Below are positions 1 through 10,479 of a DNA stretch of 64,000 nt, one piece after another. The stretch spans positions 224,001 to 288,000 of the forward strand of contig JASFLY010000001.1 in assembly GCA_050117845.1 (NCBI GenBank). Direction: 5' to 3'. Source of the stretch: Candidatus Zixiibacteriota bacterium. Lineage in GTDB: Bacteria > RBG-13-66-14 > B26-G2 > WVWN01. Position 1 is the first letter of the stretch, and every line of letters starts with the position of its first letter. The position numbers and the translations under genes are program-made. The notes beneath the pieces were generated by a model. The model saw only the letters and a program-made list of their open reading frames with translations. It was not told the origin of the DNA and did no database searches.

Positions 1-440
1 CCAGCCTCAAGGGCCACAACGACGGTATGGACCTGACCGCCATCAAGGAAATCGCGCACTATTTCAACGCGAATATGGGATGGCCCGTCCCCTCCAACTA
101 CCCCTTCGCCGGGACCGAGTTCAACGTCACGCGCGCCGGCATCCACGCCGACGGCGTCATCAAGAACGAGGAGATTTACAACATCTTCGACACCGGCGAA
201 ATACTGGGCAGGCCGCTCGGCATCTCGGTAACGGATAAATCGGGCGTGGCCGGCATCGCGCTCTGGCTCAACCAGTACCTGAACCTCGAGGGCGACAAGC
301 AGATAGACAAACGCCACCCCGGCATCACGGCCATCGCGAAGTGGGTGGACGAGCAGTACGCCGGCCGCCGGACGACGGCCATCTCCAGCGACGAAATGCT
401 CGAGCAGGCCAAAAAGAACATGCCTGACCTGTTCGCGTAA
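1..440 (+). CDS. C-terminal part of a Re-citrate synthase-like (DRE-TIM, IPMS/HCS family) enzyme; 5' end outside the window
   Basis: FNVTRAGIHADG..KNEEIYNIFDT..GVAGIA motif typical of Re-citrate synthases; lies upstream of aconitase and icd. Confidence 0.75.
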   Translation, partial: SLKGHNDGMDLTAIKEIAHYFNANMGWPVPSNYPFAGTEFNVTRAGIHADGVIKNEEIYNIFDTGEILGRPLGISVTDKSGVAGIALWLNQYLNLEGDKQIDKRHPGITAIAKWVDEQYAGRRTTAISSDEMLEQAKKNMPDLFA

Positions 441-464
441 CGGCCGGGACGGTTGGAAGCAAAT

Positions 465-2348
465 ATGTCGGAATCTCGCCGGGGGGAGAAAGCCGAAAAC
501 CCCGGAGTGCGGTTGTTCGTCTACGGGACGCTCACCGACGCGCACGTCTTCTCCGTTATAACCGGGGAAAAACCCGCGCGGCGCCCGGCGTTCCTCGACG
601 ACTACTACAAGGTAACGTCGCTCAAGTCGTTCCCTTACGTAGTGCCGCGCCCCGGGGCCGAGGTCGAAGGCGTCCTCGTGGAAGGTCTGAGCGCCAAGGC
701 CCTCGCCCAACTCGACCAGTACGAATCGGAGGGGACGCTTTACGTGCGGTGCCGCCTGCCGGTTCGCACCGAGCAGGGCACGGCGGATGCGTTCGTTTAC
801 GTCGGCGGTCCCGAACTGCTGGAGGCCAAGCCGCCGCCGGACGTCGAGGTTACGGACCGCGTCGGCGACTTTATAAAAAGCCGCATCGAGGGGGCCATCG
901 CCGACGACATCCCGGCCCGGAGTCAAATCCGGGAGTTGGAGTTGCGCGCCCGCGAGGAACTTCTGGGCGAAGCGGTGGAGGACCTGGTCCGCGCCCATTT
1001 CGACCATCCGGGCCTGCCGCCCTTCGCCGTCAAGCACCGTCTGAAGGAATCGGGGCTCCCCTCTCTCGCCTGGCTCCCGCGGGAACAGTGCGCCGCGAAG
1101 TACGCGCCCCACTACCTCCGCCTGATAATCAAGACGATTATCTTCAACCAGGTGGAGGGCCGGGTGCGCCACGACTTCCGGGGCGTCGTGCGCGTCGCGG
1201 ACAAGTACTACGAGCACGCCATATCGGCGCTGGCGGCGTTACAGTTCGTGGCCGACAGCCTGGGGCCCATCGGCGAAATAATGGAATCGCTGGGCGTCGG
1301 CGACTACGACCCCCAGCTCGAATACGTCGACTACGCCGTGGCCGCACTCTTCATCGCGGACGAGATTTACGGCCGCGAGCTGCTCGAGCCTTACGTCGAA
1401 CGCATAAAGGAGCGCCGGGCGCCGGGGGGCGAGCCGTTGGGTTGCGAGGCCGAGTTCAGCCCGCTCGGCACCGAGATAGTGGGCGCCGCCCCCGACGAGG
1501 ACCCGGCCTTCGACGGCTTCTACTACTTCGACGACTTCGACCTCGCGGGCCGCTTGTGGAAGCTCGGCGGCCACGTCGACAACCATCGCGTCGTTACGCC
1601 CGACCGGGGACGGGTGCGGGGATTTTTGGAGTTCGCGTTGGGCCGCTACAAGGTCCTGGGCGACCTCTCCAAACCGGTCACCGCCGATCCGTTCGTCCTC
1701 TCGGACCTGGCCAACGCCGCCGTCGCCTTCGCGGAACTCAAACCGCACAGCCTCCACCTGTCGTTCCAGTTGGAGAAGGGCCGGCCCGAGGGGCCGCCCC
1801 CGACGCCGCGGGACCTGATATGCCTGCTCATTCTCGGCGGCGACGTGAACTTCGACGACGACGGCGTTTTGCGCGAGAAGCGCGTGCACCAGCGCGAAAT
1901 CTACAACGAGTTCACGGGCCTCGATTTCTCGCGGCGCAACTCGCACCGCGACAGGCCGGACGGCGACCCCGCCGAAATCGTCGAGTACGAGTTCCCGCGG
2001 CTCTTTTACGAACACTCGTACGTCGACCTCGTGGTGGCGCTTAAGGGTTTTCAGCTCGCGGACAACCCGCCGCCGCTGGACCTCGGGCCCGACTCCGAGC
2101 ACCTGGCGTACAACCGGGAAGTGGAACGCGAGCTCCTGGAGTGGGCCGGGGAGCCCTACGCGCTGGGCCGCGACGACATCGGATCCTTCATGGCCAAAGT
2201 CGAACGGGGCCTGGCGTACGAGACGCAGCACCTGGGCGGCCACCCGGCGGAGTTCTGCCGCAAGTGGCTGGACGCGATAGAACGCAAACTGAAAAGCTAT
2301 AACACGTACATCTGGGGCGACGGCAAAGAGTGGCTGATAGACGTATAG
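465..2348 (+). CDS. Gamma-glutamylcyclotransferase (AIG2-like) domain fused to a large uncharacterised, possibly amidoligase-like domain
   Basis: N-terminal LFVYGTL...VEG...LDQYE GGCT motifs; C-terminal GCEAEFS / FLEF / SLHLSF / EYEF pattern; ATG at 465. Confidence 0.7.
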   Translation: MSESRRGEKAENPGVRLFVYGTLTDAHVFSVITGEKPARRPAFLDDYYKVTSLKSFPYVVPRPGAEVEGVLVEGLSAKALAQLDQYESEGTLYVRCRLPVRTEQGTADAFVYVGGPELLEAKPPPDVEVTDRVGDFIKSRIEGAIADDIPARSQIRELELRAREELLGEAVEDLVRAHFDHPGLPPFAVKHRLKESGLPSLAWLPREQCAAKYAPHYLRLIIKTIIFNQVEGRVRHDFRGVVRVADKYYEHAISALAALQFVADSLGPIGEIMESLGVGDYDPQLEYVDYAVAALFIADEIYGRELLEPYVERIKERRAPGGEPLGCEAEFSPLGTEIVGAAPDEDPAFDGFYYFDDFDLAGRLWKLGGHVDNHRVVTPDRGRVRGFLEFALGRYKVLGDLSKPVTADPFVLSDLANAAVAFAELKPHSLHLSFQLEKGRPEGPPPTPRDLICLLILGGDVNFDDDGVLREKRVHQREIYNEFTGLDFSRRNSHRDRPDGDPAEIVEYEFPRLFYEHSYVDLVVALKGFQLADNPPPLDLGPDSEHLAYNREVERELLEWAGEPYALGRDDIGSFMAKVERGLAYETQHLGGHPAEFCRKWLDAIERKLKSYNTYIWGDGKEWLIDV

Positions 2349-2851
2349 AAAAACCGCCGCTGGCGCTGTTCCTCTTCGTGGCCGAGGAACAGGTCGTCAA
2401 CGACGTGACGAGGCGGCTCCGCGAATCGTCGCTGGAGCATTACCGGAAAATGGAAACCATAGACCTCCGGCCCCGGATGCAGGCCCACTTCACGGCCTAC
2501 CGGGAATCGGTGCTCACGGGCGACCCCGGCGTCTTCGGCGCCTACATCGGCGACATAGGACGGAAGCGCCTCCAGCAAGGCTACGGCCTCCCCGAACTAC
2601 AGCTCGTCCTCGACACGCTCTTCGACGTTGTGTGGGAGGCCGCCTCGGAGGCATGGCGGGACCGCGGCCCCGAGGCCTTCGACGACCTGAAACGTCTGGC
2701 CCTGGGTATAACCTGGGGCAAGGACCGGCTCGCCACCGTATACGCCGAGGAGAGTAAAAAGGAGCGCGCCGCGCTCCGGCGCTTGAGCACCGCGTTCGAC
2801 GATTATCTGCGCCTCCGCCGGGCCCCGGGCCCCGAGGAGGGCGAAAAATAA
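2330..2851 (+). CDS. Helical RsbRD-N/globin-like sensor-type protein
   Basis: All-helical 173 aa; IGRKRLQQGYGLPEL segment resembles RsbRD N-terminal domains; overlaps the upstream stop. Confidence 0.5.
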   Translation: MADRRIEKPPLALFLFVAEEQVVNDVTRRLRESSLEHYRKMETIDLRPRMQAHFTAYRESVLTGDPGVFGAYIGDIGRKRLQQGYGLPELQLVLDTLFDVVWEAASEAWRDRGPEAFDDLKRLALGITWGKDRLATVYAEESKKERAALRRLSTAFDDYLRLRRAPGPEEGEK

Positions 2852-2867
2852 AGAAACGAGGCGCGTC

Positions 2868-3602
2868 GTGAAATGTAAAAATTGCGGTTACGAACTCGCG
2901 AAGGAATTCCGCTTCTGCCCCCTGTGCGGCCTGCCGGCGGACGAGTCGTGGGAAAGCCACTTCTTCGCCGGCGTCCTGGCCGACTACGGCGGCGACCCGG
3001 AAGGGGCGATGGAGAAATACCGGCGCGCCCTCGAGGTGGACCCGGCCAACGACTACGTCCTGGTCCGCGTCGGCCTTACCCACTACCACCGCGGCCAATT
3101 GACCGAAGCCATCGCCGCGCTGGAGGAGGCCGTCAAGGCCAAACCGGCGTCCGCCCCCGCCCGCTACTTCCTGGGCCTCTGCTACTACCGGGCCGCCCGC
3201 GAGGAGGAGGCCATCGACTGCTTCCACCGCGCCCTCGAGATCGAGCCCGAGACCGAGATGGCCTACTACTGGCTGGGGTTATTGTACTACCACGTCGGCA
3301 AAACGCGCGACGCGATAAAGGCCTTCGACGCCCTGCTTGAACGCAACGGCGACATCACGATAGCCTATTACCAGCGCGGCCTGGCCGCCGCCCGGCTGGG
3401 CCTGAAAGAGGAAACCGTTAAAAGCTTCGAGACGGTCGTCGAGAAGAGCCCCGGCAGCGCCGTCGCGTTCGCCGAACTCGGCGAGGCCTACTTCGCCCTG
3501 GGCGACAACCAGCGCGCCGCCGAAGCGCTGAAACAGGCCATCGCGCTCAACCCCGACGACAAGAAATCGAAAGCCGTCCTCGACCTTATCTTCAGCAGTT
3601 GA
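2868..3602 (+). CDS. Zinc-ribbon plus tetratricopeptide repeat protein
   Basis: MKCKNCG...FCPLCG ribbon followed by about 6 TPR motifs. Confidence 0.85.
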   Translation: MKCKNCGYELAKEFRFCPLCGLPADESWESHFFAGVLADYGGDPEGAMEKYRRALEVDPANDYVLVRVGLTHYHRGQLTEAIAALEEAVKAKPASAPARYFLGLCYYRAAREEEAIDCFHRALEIEPETEMAYYWLGLLYYHVGKTRDAIKAFDALLERNGDITIAYYQRGLAAARLGLKEETVKSFETVVEKSPGSAVAFAELGEAYFALGDNQRAAEALKQAIALNPDDKKSKAVLDLIFSS

Positions 3603-3627
3603 TGAATAAACCTCGGGCAGGAGACCT

Positions 3628-5559
3628 ATGGGCAAAACGCTAACACAGAAGATCCTGGACGAACACCTGGTGGAGGGAACGCCGGCACCGGGCGAGCACG
3701 TCGCCGTCCGCATCGATCAGACGCTGACGCAGGACGCCACCGGCACCATGGCCTATCTGCAGTTCGAGGCCATGAAGCTCCCCGAGGTAAAGACCGACCT
3801 CTCGGTCAGCTACGTCGACCACAACACCCTGCAGATGGGCTACGAGAACGCCGACGACCATCGCTACCTCCAGGGCGTGGCCGAGAAGTACGGCCTGTAC
3901 CTCTCGCGCGCCGGCAACGGCATCTGCCACCAGGTCCACCTGGAGCGCTTCGGCGTCCCCGGCAAAACGTTGCTCGGCTCCGACAGCCACACCCCCACCG
4001 GCGGCGGCATCGGCATGATCGCGATGGGCGCGGGCGGCCTCGACGTCGCGGTCGCGATGGCGGGCGGGCCCTTCTGGATCACCTACCCCGCCGTCGTGGG
4101 CGTCAAGCTCACGGGCAGGCTGGCCGACTGGGTCTCGGCCAAGGACGTAATCCTGACGCTCCTCTCGGAGCTCACGACCAAGGGAAACGTCGGCACCGTC
4201 GTCGAGTACTTGGGCCCGGGCGTCGCGACGCTTTCGGTCCCCGAGCGCGCGACCATCACCAACATGGGGGCCGAACTCGGCGTCACGACCTCCGTCTTCC
4301 CGTCGGACCTGGTCACGAAAATGTTCCTCGAAGGCCAGGAGCGGGGGGACGCATGGCGGGAGCTCGCCGCCGACCCGGACGCCGCGTACGCGCGCGTCAT
4401 CGAACTGGACCTCGGTGAAGTCGAACCCATGGTGGCCCAGCCCCACAGCCCGGACAACGTCGTCCCGGTGCGGGACATAGCGGGCCTCGCCGTGGACCAG
4501 GTTTGCATCGGCTCGTGCACCAACGCCTCGTACAAGGACCTCGCCACCGTAGCCGAAATACTGGAAGGCCGGACCATCGCGCCGGGGACGAGCCTCATCG
4601 TCGCGCCCGGCTCCAAGCAGGTCCTCCGCATGATCGCGGACGACGGCCACCTCTCCTCGCTCGTCGCCGCCGGGGCCCGCATCGCCGAGGCCGCCTGCGG
4701 CTTCTGCATCGGCATGGGCCACGCGCCGACCTCGGAGGCGGTATCGGTTCGGACCAACAACCGCAACTTCTTCGGCCGCTCCGGCACGGCCTCCGCCGGC
4801 ATATACCTCGTCAGCCCGGAGACGGCCGCCGTCGCGGCGTTCCACGGAGAGCTCGTCGACCCGCGCGGCGCCGGCATCCAGTACCCGGAGGTGCCGGTTC
4901 CCGAGCGCTTCACCGTGGACGACAACCTCGTGCGGCACGTCCACGACCCGGCCGCCGAGATAGTCCGCGGCCCCAACATCGGCGAGCCGCCGGCGAACGA
5001 CCCTTTGCCGGACGGCTTCACGGCCGAGGTCGGCCTTAAAGTCGGCGACAAGATAACCACCGACCACATCATGCCCGCCGGCCCCCGGCTAAAGTTCCGC
5101 TCGAACGTCGGCGTCTATTCCCGGTTCGTCTTCGAGGGCGTGGACGAGACCTTCGCCGAGCGCGCCAAGGCCAACGCCGACCGGGGCACCTTCAACGTCG
5201 TCGTCGCCGGCGAGAGTTACGGCCAGGGCTCGAGCCGGGAACACGCGGCGCTGTGCCCGATGTACCTGGGCGTCAAGGCCGTCATCGCCCGCTCCTTCGA
5301 GCGCATCCACTCCGCCAACCTCGTCAACTTCGGCATCCTGCCGCTCACGTTCCGCGACCCGGCCGACTACGACAAACTGGCGCCCGGAGACAATCTGAAA
5401 GTCGAGAACCTGCGCGAGGCCCTCCGGCCCGGCGACCCCCTTAAGATAACGAACGAGCGCGACGGTTACAGCTTCGAAGTCGAACACAACCTCAGCGAGC
5501 GCCAGCTTGCGATAATCAAAGCGGGCGGCCTCCTAAACTACCAAAGCGCACAAGCCTAG
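3628..5559 (+). CDS. acnA: Aconitate hydratase (about 640-aa type)
   Basis: [49 protein letters not shown] motifs. Confidence 0.93.
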   Translation: MGKTLTQKILDEHLVEGTPAPGEHVAVRIDQTLTQDATGTMAYLQFEAMKLPEVKTDLSVSYVDHNTLQMGYENADDHRYLQGVAEKYGLYLSRAGNGICHQVHLERFGVPGKTLLGSDSHTPTGGGIGMIAMGAGGLDVAVAMAGGPFWITYPAVVGVKLTGRLADWVSAKDVILTLLSELTTKGNVGTVVEYLGPGVATLSVPERATITNMGAELGVTTSVFPSDLVTKMFLEGQERGDAWRELAADPDAAYARVIELDLGEVEPMVAQPHSPDNVVPVRDIAGLAVDQVCIGSCTNASYKDLATVAEILEGRTIAPGTSLIVAPGSKQVLRMIADDGHLSSLVAAGARIAEAACGFCIGMGHAPTSEAVSVRTNNRNFFGRSGTASAGIYLVSPETAAVAAFHGELVDPRGAGIQYPEVPVPERFTVDDNLVRHVHDPAAEIVRGPNIGEPPANDPLPDGFTAEVGLKVGDKITTDHIMPAGPRLKFRSNVGVYSRFVFEGVDETFAERAKANADRGTFNVVVAGESYGQGSSREHAALCPMYLGVKAVIARSFERIHSANLVNFGILPLTFRDPADYDKLAPGDNLKVENLREALRPGDPLKITNERDGYSFEVEHNLSERQLAIIKAGGLLNYQSAQA

Positions 5560-5567
5560 GAGAAAAG

Positions 5568-6815
5568 ATGTTCGAACACGTCCAAATTCCGGCCGAAGGC
5601 GAGAAGATAAGCATCGAAGGCGACGAACTCAACATCCCGAACCAACCTATCATCCCCTTCGTCGAGGGCGACGGCATCGGCCCGGACATCTGGGCGGCCA
5701 CGCGGCGCGTCCTCGACGCCGCGGTGGAGAAGAAGTACGGCGGCGAACGCCGCATCGCCTGGATGGAAATATACGCCGGCGACAAGGCGCAACAGGTCTA
5801 CGGCGAGGGCGTGGTCATGCCCGACGATACGCTCAAGGCCGTGCCGGAATTCGTCGTGGCCATAAAGGGGCCGCTGACCACGCCTATAGCGGGCGGGTTC
5901 CGCAGCCTCAACGTGACCATGCGGCAGAAGCTCGACCTGTACGCGTGCGTCAGGCCGGTGCGCTGGATCCCGGGCGTCCCCAGCCCCGTGAAACACCCGG
6001 AGAAACTGAACGTCGTCATTTTCCGCGAAAACACCGAGGACGTTTACGCCGGCATCGAATGGGAGCAGGGGACCGACGAGGCCGGGAAGGTCCTGGGGTT
6101 CCTTAACTCGGACATGGGCCGGAATATCCGCCTAGACTCCGGCGTGGGCATCAAGCCCATAAGTATCACCGGCACGAATAACATCGCGCGCAAGGCCCTG
6201 CGCTACGCCCGCGACCGCAAACTTCCCAGCGTCACCTTCGTCCACAAAGGCAACATCATGAAGTTCACGGAAGGGGCGTTCCGCGACTGGGGTTACGAGC
6301 TGGCGGCCGCGGAGTTCGGCGACGTTACCGTGACCGAGGCCGACCTGTGGGACAAGTTCGACGGCAAGACGCCGGAAGGCAAAATCCTCGTCAAGGACCG
6401 CATCGCCGACTCGATATTCCAGCAAATACTGCTACGGCCGGACGAGTACAGCGTCCTCGTAACGCCGAACCTGAACGGCGATTACCTGTCCGACGCGGCG
6501 GCGGCGCAGGTCGGCGGCCTGGGGATGGCGCCCGGCGCCAACATGGGCGACTTCGTGGCCCTCTTCGAGGCCACGCACGGCACGGCGCCCAAGTACGCCG
6601 GCATGGACAAGGTGAACCCGTCGTCACTCATCCTCTCCGGCGTCATGATGCTGGAATACCTGGGATGGCAGGAGGCCGCGGACGCGGTCGTCGAGGCGAT
6701 GTCGAAAACGGTACAACAGAAAACGGTGACGTACGACCTGGCGAGGCAGATGGAGGGGGCGACCGAACTCAAGGCCAGCGAGTACGCCACGCACATAATA
6801 GAAAATATCGCGTAA
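5568..6815 (+). CDS. icd: NADP-dependent isocitrate dehydrogenase
   Basis: [61 protein letters not shown]. Confidence 0.96.
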   Translation: MFEHVQIPAEGEKISIEGDELNIPNQPIIPFVEGDGIGPDIWAATRRVLDAAVEKKYGGERRIAWMEIYAGDKAQQVYGEGVVMPDDTLKAVPEFVVAIKGPLTTPIAGGFRSLNVTMRQKLDLYACVRPVRWIPGVPSPVKHPEKLNVVIFRENTEDVYAGIEWEQGTDEAGKVLGFLNSDMGRNIRLDSGVGIKPISITGTNNIARKALRYARDRKLPSVTFVHKGNIMKFTEGAFRDWGYELAAAEFGDVTVTEADLWDKFDGKTPEGKILVKDRIADSIFQQILLRPDEYSVLVTPNLNGDYLSDAAAAQVGGLGMAPGANMGDFVALFEATHGTAPKYAGMDKVNPSSLILSGVMMLEYLGWQEAADAVVEAMSKTVQQKTVTYDLARQMEGATELKASEYATHIIENIA

Positions 6816-6829
6816 CGCGCGGCCCGCGC

Positions 6830-6855
6830 AAGCCGCGGCCGGGCCGCGGCTTTTT
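6830..6855 (+). terminator. Intrinsic terminator after icd
   Basis: AAGCCGCGGC-cgg-GCCGCGGCTT hairpin followed by a T run. Confidence 0.75.
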
Positions 6856-6930
6856 AATTGCCCCCGGCTTTCCCAACTGCTAGAATTCCCCTGCCGGGCA
6901 CGGGAGCGAGGTCGGCGTCGAGGAGGCGTT

Positions 6931-7473
6931 ATGGCTTTCTTCTACCAGATAAGACTGAGCGGCGGCGCGGATATTGACCTGCACCTGGCGTCGAAGATAT
7001 TGGCCGAGGCCCTGGCCGTTTACGAGGACAAGAACGTCGTACAGCATATCGCCTACGGGCCGGAGGCCCGCGGCGCCGCCGCCCGAACGGACCTCGTCGT
7101 GAGCGACCAGGAGATATACCGGCCCAAGGCCCGGGAAGTGGACCTCCTCGTCTGCCTGACCCAGGAGGCGGTCGACCGCTACGCCGCCGACCTGGGCGAA
7201 CAGGGCTACTTGCTCATCGACCGCGACGCCGTCCGGCGCAGGCCGGAAGGGTCTTTCCGCACATACGAATTGTCCTTCGTCGAGGCCGCCCGGGAACTGG
7301 GGGACCCCCGGCTGGCGAGCATTATCGTCCTGGGGGCCGTCACGGTCCTGTCCCCCGCCCATCACCGCCGCGCCGTCGAGGACGCGCTTCTGGCCCGCGT
7401 CGCCCCCGGCACCGAGGACACCCACCGCGCGGCCTTCGAGCTGGGCCTTAAGAACATGAAAGAGATGCTGTAG
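6931..7473 (+). CDS. Divergent 2-oxoacid:acceptor oxidoreductase gamma-subunit-like protein
   Basis: YGPEARG motif, DLLVCLTQEA, C-terminal AFELG; the usual GxGGQG loop is replaced by SGGADID. Confidence 0.8.
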   Translation: MAFFYQIRLSGGADIDLHLASKILAEALAVYEDKNVVQHIAYGPEARGAAARTDLVVSDQEIYRPKAREVDLLVCLTQEAVDRYAADLGEQGYLLIDRDAVRRRPEGSFRTYELSFVEAARELGDPRLASIIVLGAVTVLSPAHHRRAVEDALLARVAPGTEDTHRAAFELGLKNMKEML

Positions 7474-7474
7474 C

Positions 7475-10417
7475 ATGCCCCGCCGTTTCGATAAATTGAA
7501 TGAACTCGCGGGTGAGTTCAGCAACTACACCTCGAAATACCTCCAACAAATCAGCGCCGTCCTGGACGAACTCCACACCCGGCTGGAACAGGCCGGCCTG
7601 CGCGACGAGGTGCACCTGTGGCAGCCGGCCTGGAACCTCGAGCGGGAGATGGACATCGTCTCCCACGTGGCGCCCGAGGGCTCCGAGCGCATCCGCTACC
7701 TCGGCTGCTACTACGGCATGCAGTATTTGCGGATGAACATCCAGGCCATCGAGGCCCTGCGCGCGGGAGTGGTCCCCGGAACCAGCCGCCGGGACGTTTA
7801 CCGGGAGTTTTTAAACAGCATCGGCTCGAGCTACTCCCAGCTCGTCGTCACCTTCATGCGGAAGGTCCTCGACATTCTGGTCGGCGCCGAGGAACTCCCG
7901 CCCTTCGTCATTTGCGGCGTCGGCACCATGACCGATCAGGACGACGTCGACATCGCCGTCGTCGTCGAGAATAAAAAGAACCGCCACGCCCTCAACTCGG
8001 TACTCAGCCGCCTCAGCGCCGCGATGCTCCGCTACGCCACCCGGTTCCATTTCTACCTCTCCGAGAACGTCTCCCCCGACAGCTTCGCGACCTCCCTCGA
8101 CGAATACCAGGAGTACGCCGAGACGAGGCCGGGGGCCTTCATCGTCATCTCCGAGCTCCTCAACGCCGAACCCATTTACGGCGACCGCGCCCTCTTCGAA
8201 CGGCTGCGGACCGAAATCATCGAACGCTATTACGCCGACAGCGACGCCCCGCCCCTTTACCACGAAGGTTTCGTGCGCGGGGCCCTGGGCGACGTCGTCT
8301 CGCTCATAAACAGGGACTTCGAAGCGGACCGCGTGATACCCAAGGACGACGCCCTCCGCGTTATCAAAAGCCTCGTCCACATCAAACGGGCCACCCACGG
8401 CCTGCGCGAACCCAACGTCTGGCACAACCTGAAGCGCCTCGGCGACATCGAACCCTGGAACGCAGAGAAGAACGACACGCTGGAAGAGGCGCTTATCTTC
8501 TTCGAGGTACTGCGTTACCTCTACCAGCTCCTCGTCGTCCAGGACGAGGTCATAATCCTCGACGCGCCGGTCATGAAGGAAAACCTGGCCCGCGTCGCCG
8601 CGACGATGGGCTACCGGCGCCGCGGCACCGTGAGCCCCGACGACAGCCTTCTGGTTCACTATTACGACTCGGTCGACCGCGTCCGGGCGGTGGCGCGGGA
8701 CCTTACGCGGGAGGTTGAGGAGAACCTGCGGAATACCTCCGTCTTCCTCGGCCTCGGCGCCGACGTCAAGAAGCCGCCGGGCCACCTCCTGCGCGACATG
8801 CTGAAATTGACGCGCTTCCTGGTGCGGGTCGCCTTCTGGGACGACGTCTTCGAGCTGTTGCTGGCGTCGGACAAGAAACTCCTCCGGGCCCTGGTCGCCG
8901 ACTTCAACTCCCTCCCGCCCGAGAAACGTGAACGCCGCGTCAACGAGCTGACCGGCCTCGTGAAACGCAACGCCGAACTCTTTATAAAACTGCTCGTAGT
9001 GCTCGGTGAGAACCGCGACGAGGTCGACTCCTACGACCTCTTCGGCGCCATGAGCAAGGCGTTCCTGCGGGAGTTCGAGACCTTCTACAACCCGGCCCGC
9101 GAGGCCGCGTTCCTCTTCTCGACCCGGCCGCTCCTCATAAACCGCTACCTGTCCGAGGTCGACAACGAGTCCGCCCGCCGCTTCAAGGAACTGGTATCGG
9201 GCGAAGTCCGCATGGCGTCGCTCGGGCCCGCGGCCGCGTCGCTCCGCGAGCTGTGCCGCCTGCGCTACTTCGGCTCGGCCTACCTTCGCCGCTACCTGAA
9301 AGCCATCCTGAAAAAATACCCGGACTGCCTCAACCTCCTCGACGACATGGAGGGCCTGCGCGAGAAGTCCCACGGCATCCTGGCCGAGGCCGCCATCATC
9401 CAAACGCCGGCCGCCAAGAAGGAACTCCTGGGCGACTACTACGACCTCGAGCTGTTGCGCACGGGCCTCCTGACCCTCAACGGCGCGACCATCGAGGAGA
9501 CCAACGCCCAGTACACCGAGTTCTCCGACGACTACCTGAATTTCCTGTTCGACGCCTGCCGCGAGGAGTTGGCCGAGGAGTACGGCCGCTGGGTCACCTC
9601 CTTCGACGTGATGGCCATCTACGCCGCCGGCGGCCACGCCCGCGAATGGGCCTTCAACGACGACTACGACCTCATAGTCCTGATAGACTCCGAGGACGAG
9701 AAACTCCAGGAACTGGGCGGCGCCGTCATCTCGGCCATGAGTTCGGAGATTTGCAAGCGGGGCATGATGCCCCACTACCGCCTGCTGGAGCACTTCGGCT
9801 CCTACGTCATCCCGGTCGACCAGCTCGAGGAGTTCTTCCGCAAGGGGGATGAGACCGACTTTATAGAGAAGTCCCAGCTCCTCGAGTCCCGCCTGGTCGT
9901 CGGCACCTCGACCTTCGAGGAGGACACCTACGAGCGGATCATCAAGCCGTTCGTCTTCAACCGCGCCGACGAGTACATCGACGCCATGAAGGGCGAGATG
10001 GCCTCGCGCCAGCAGGCCGTGGGCGAGGTCTTTCTGCCCAACAACGTGAAAGAGTGCGTCGGCGGCTTGCGCGACATCGTCATGGCCATGCTCATCTGCA
10101 AGGCGCGCTTCGGCATCCGCGACCCGCTGACGTCGCAGATATTGGAGGGGATAGGCCGGGTGTACCCGCAGGCCGGCCTCGAGCTACGCTCCCTCTTCAA
10201 CTCCATGTGTTTCCTCAAGAATCTGCGCGACGTCTACCGCCTCGCCGTGTGCCTGGACGACAACCTCGACTTCGAGCACGCCGACGCCGTGGGCGAGGTC
10301 CTGGGCTTCGAGGGAGACGCCGCGGGCGAGCGGGGCCGCCAGGTGGAGGAGGCCTTCCGCCGGACCACCGCCAAGGTCGCCGCCGAGATTGAATCCATAC
10401 TCGGCAAGGTGACGTGA
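7475..10417 (+). CDS. GlnE/GlnD-like protein with two nucleotidyltransferase modules
   Basis: FVICGVG..DQDDVDIAVV and AIYAAGGHARE..NDDYDLIVL NTase motifs; NNVKECVGGLRDI resembles the GlnD/GlnE KxxxGGLRD motif; 980 aa. Confidence 0.7.
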   Translation: MPRRFDKLNELAGEFSNYTSKYLQQISAVLDELHTRLEQAGLRDEVHLWQPAWNLEREMDIVSHVAPEGSERIRYLGCYYGMQYLRMNIQAIEALRAGVVPGTSRRDVYREFLNSIGSSYSQLVVTFMRKVLDILVGAEELPPFVICGVGTMTDQDDVDIAVVVENKKNRHALNSVLSRLSAAMLRYATRFHFYLSENVSPDSFATSLDEYQEYAETRPGAFIVISELLNAEPIYGDRALFERLRTEIIERYYADSDAPPLYHEGFVRGALGDVVSLINRDFEADRVIPKDDALRVIKSLVHIKRATHGLREPNVWHNLKRLGDIEPWNAEKNDTLEEALIFFEVLRYLYQLLVVQDEVIILDAPVMKENLARVAATMGYRRRGTVSPDDSLLVHYYDSVDRVRAVARDLTREVEENLRNTSVFLGLGADVKKPPGHLLRDMLKLTRFLVRVAFWDDVFELLLASDKKLLRALVADFNSLPPEKRERRVNELTGLVKRNAELFIKLLVVLGENRDEVDSYDLFGAMSKAFLREFETFYNPAREAAFLFSTRPLLINRYLSEVDNESARRFKELVSGEVRMASLGPAAASLRELCRLRYFGSAYLRRYLKAILKKYPDCLNLLDDMEGLREKSHGILAEAAIIQTPAAKKELLGDYYDLELLRTGLLTLNGATIEETNAQYTEFSDDYLNFLFDACREELAEEYGRWVTSFDVMAIYAAGGHAREWAFNDDYDLIVLIDSEDEKLQELGGAVISAMSSEICKRGMMPHYRLLEHFGSYVIPVDQLEEFFRKGDETDFIEKSQLLESRLVVGTSTFEEDTYERIIKPFVFNRADEYIDAMKGEMASRQQAVGEVFLPNNVKECVGGLRDIVMAMLICKARFGIRDPLTSQILEGIGRVYPQAGLELRSLFNSMCFLKNLRDVYRLAVCLDDNLDFEHADAVGEVLGFEGDAAGERGRQVEEAFRRTTAKVAAEIESILGKVT

Positions 10418-10435
10418 AACCATATTCCCCCCAAT

Positions 10436-10469
10436 AAAAAAGCCGCCCCGAAGGGCGGCGTTCTTTTTA
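10436..10469. terminator. Bidirectional intrinsic terminator between convergent operons
   Basis: A run, GCCGCCC-cgaa-GGGCGGC hairpin, T-rich run. Confidence 0.75.
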
Positions 10470-10479
10470 TCCGATATTA

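Noticed and set aside
749..2243. Long alternative-frame and antisense ORFs (e.g. 749..2044, 7811..9793, 26487..27980, 28725..30266, 58307..59938)
   Set aside because: Arg/Pro/Gly-rich shadow ORFs expected in high-GC DNA; they overlap genes with clear family motifs
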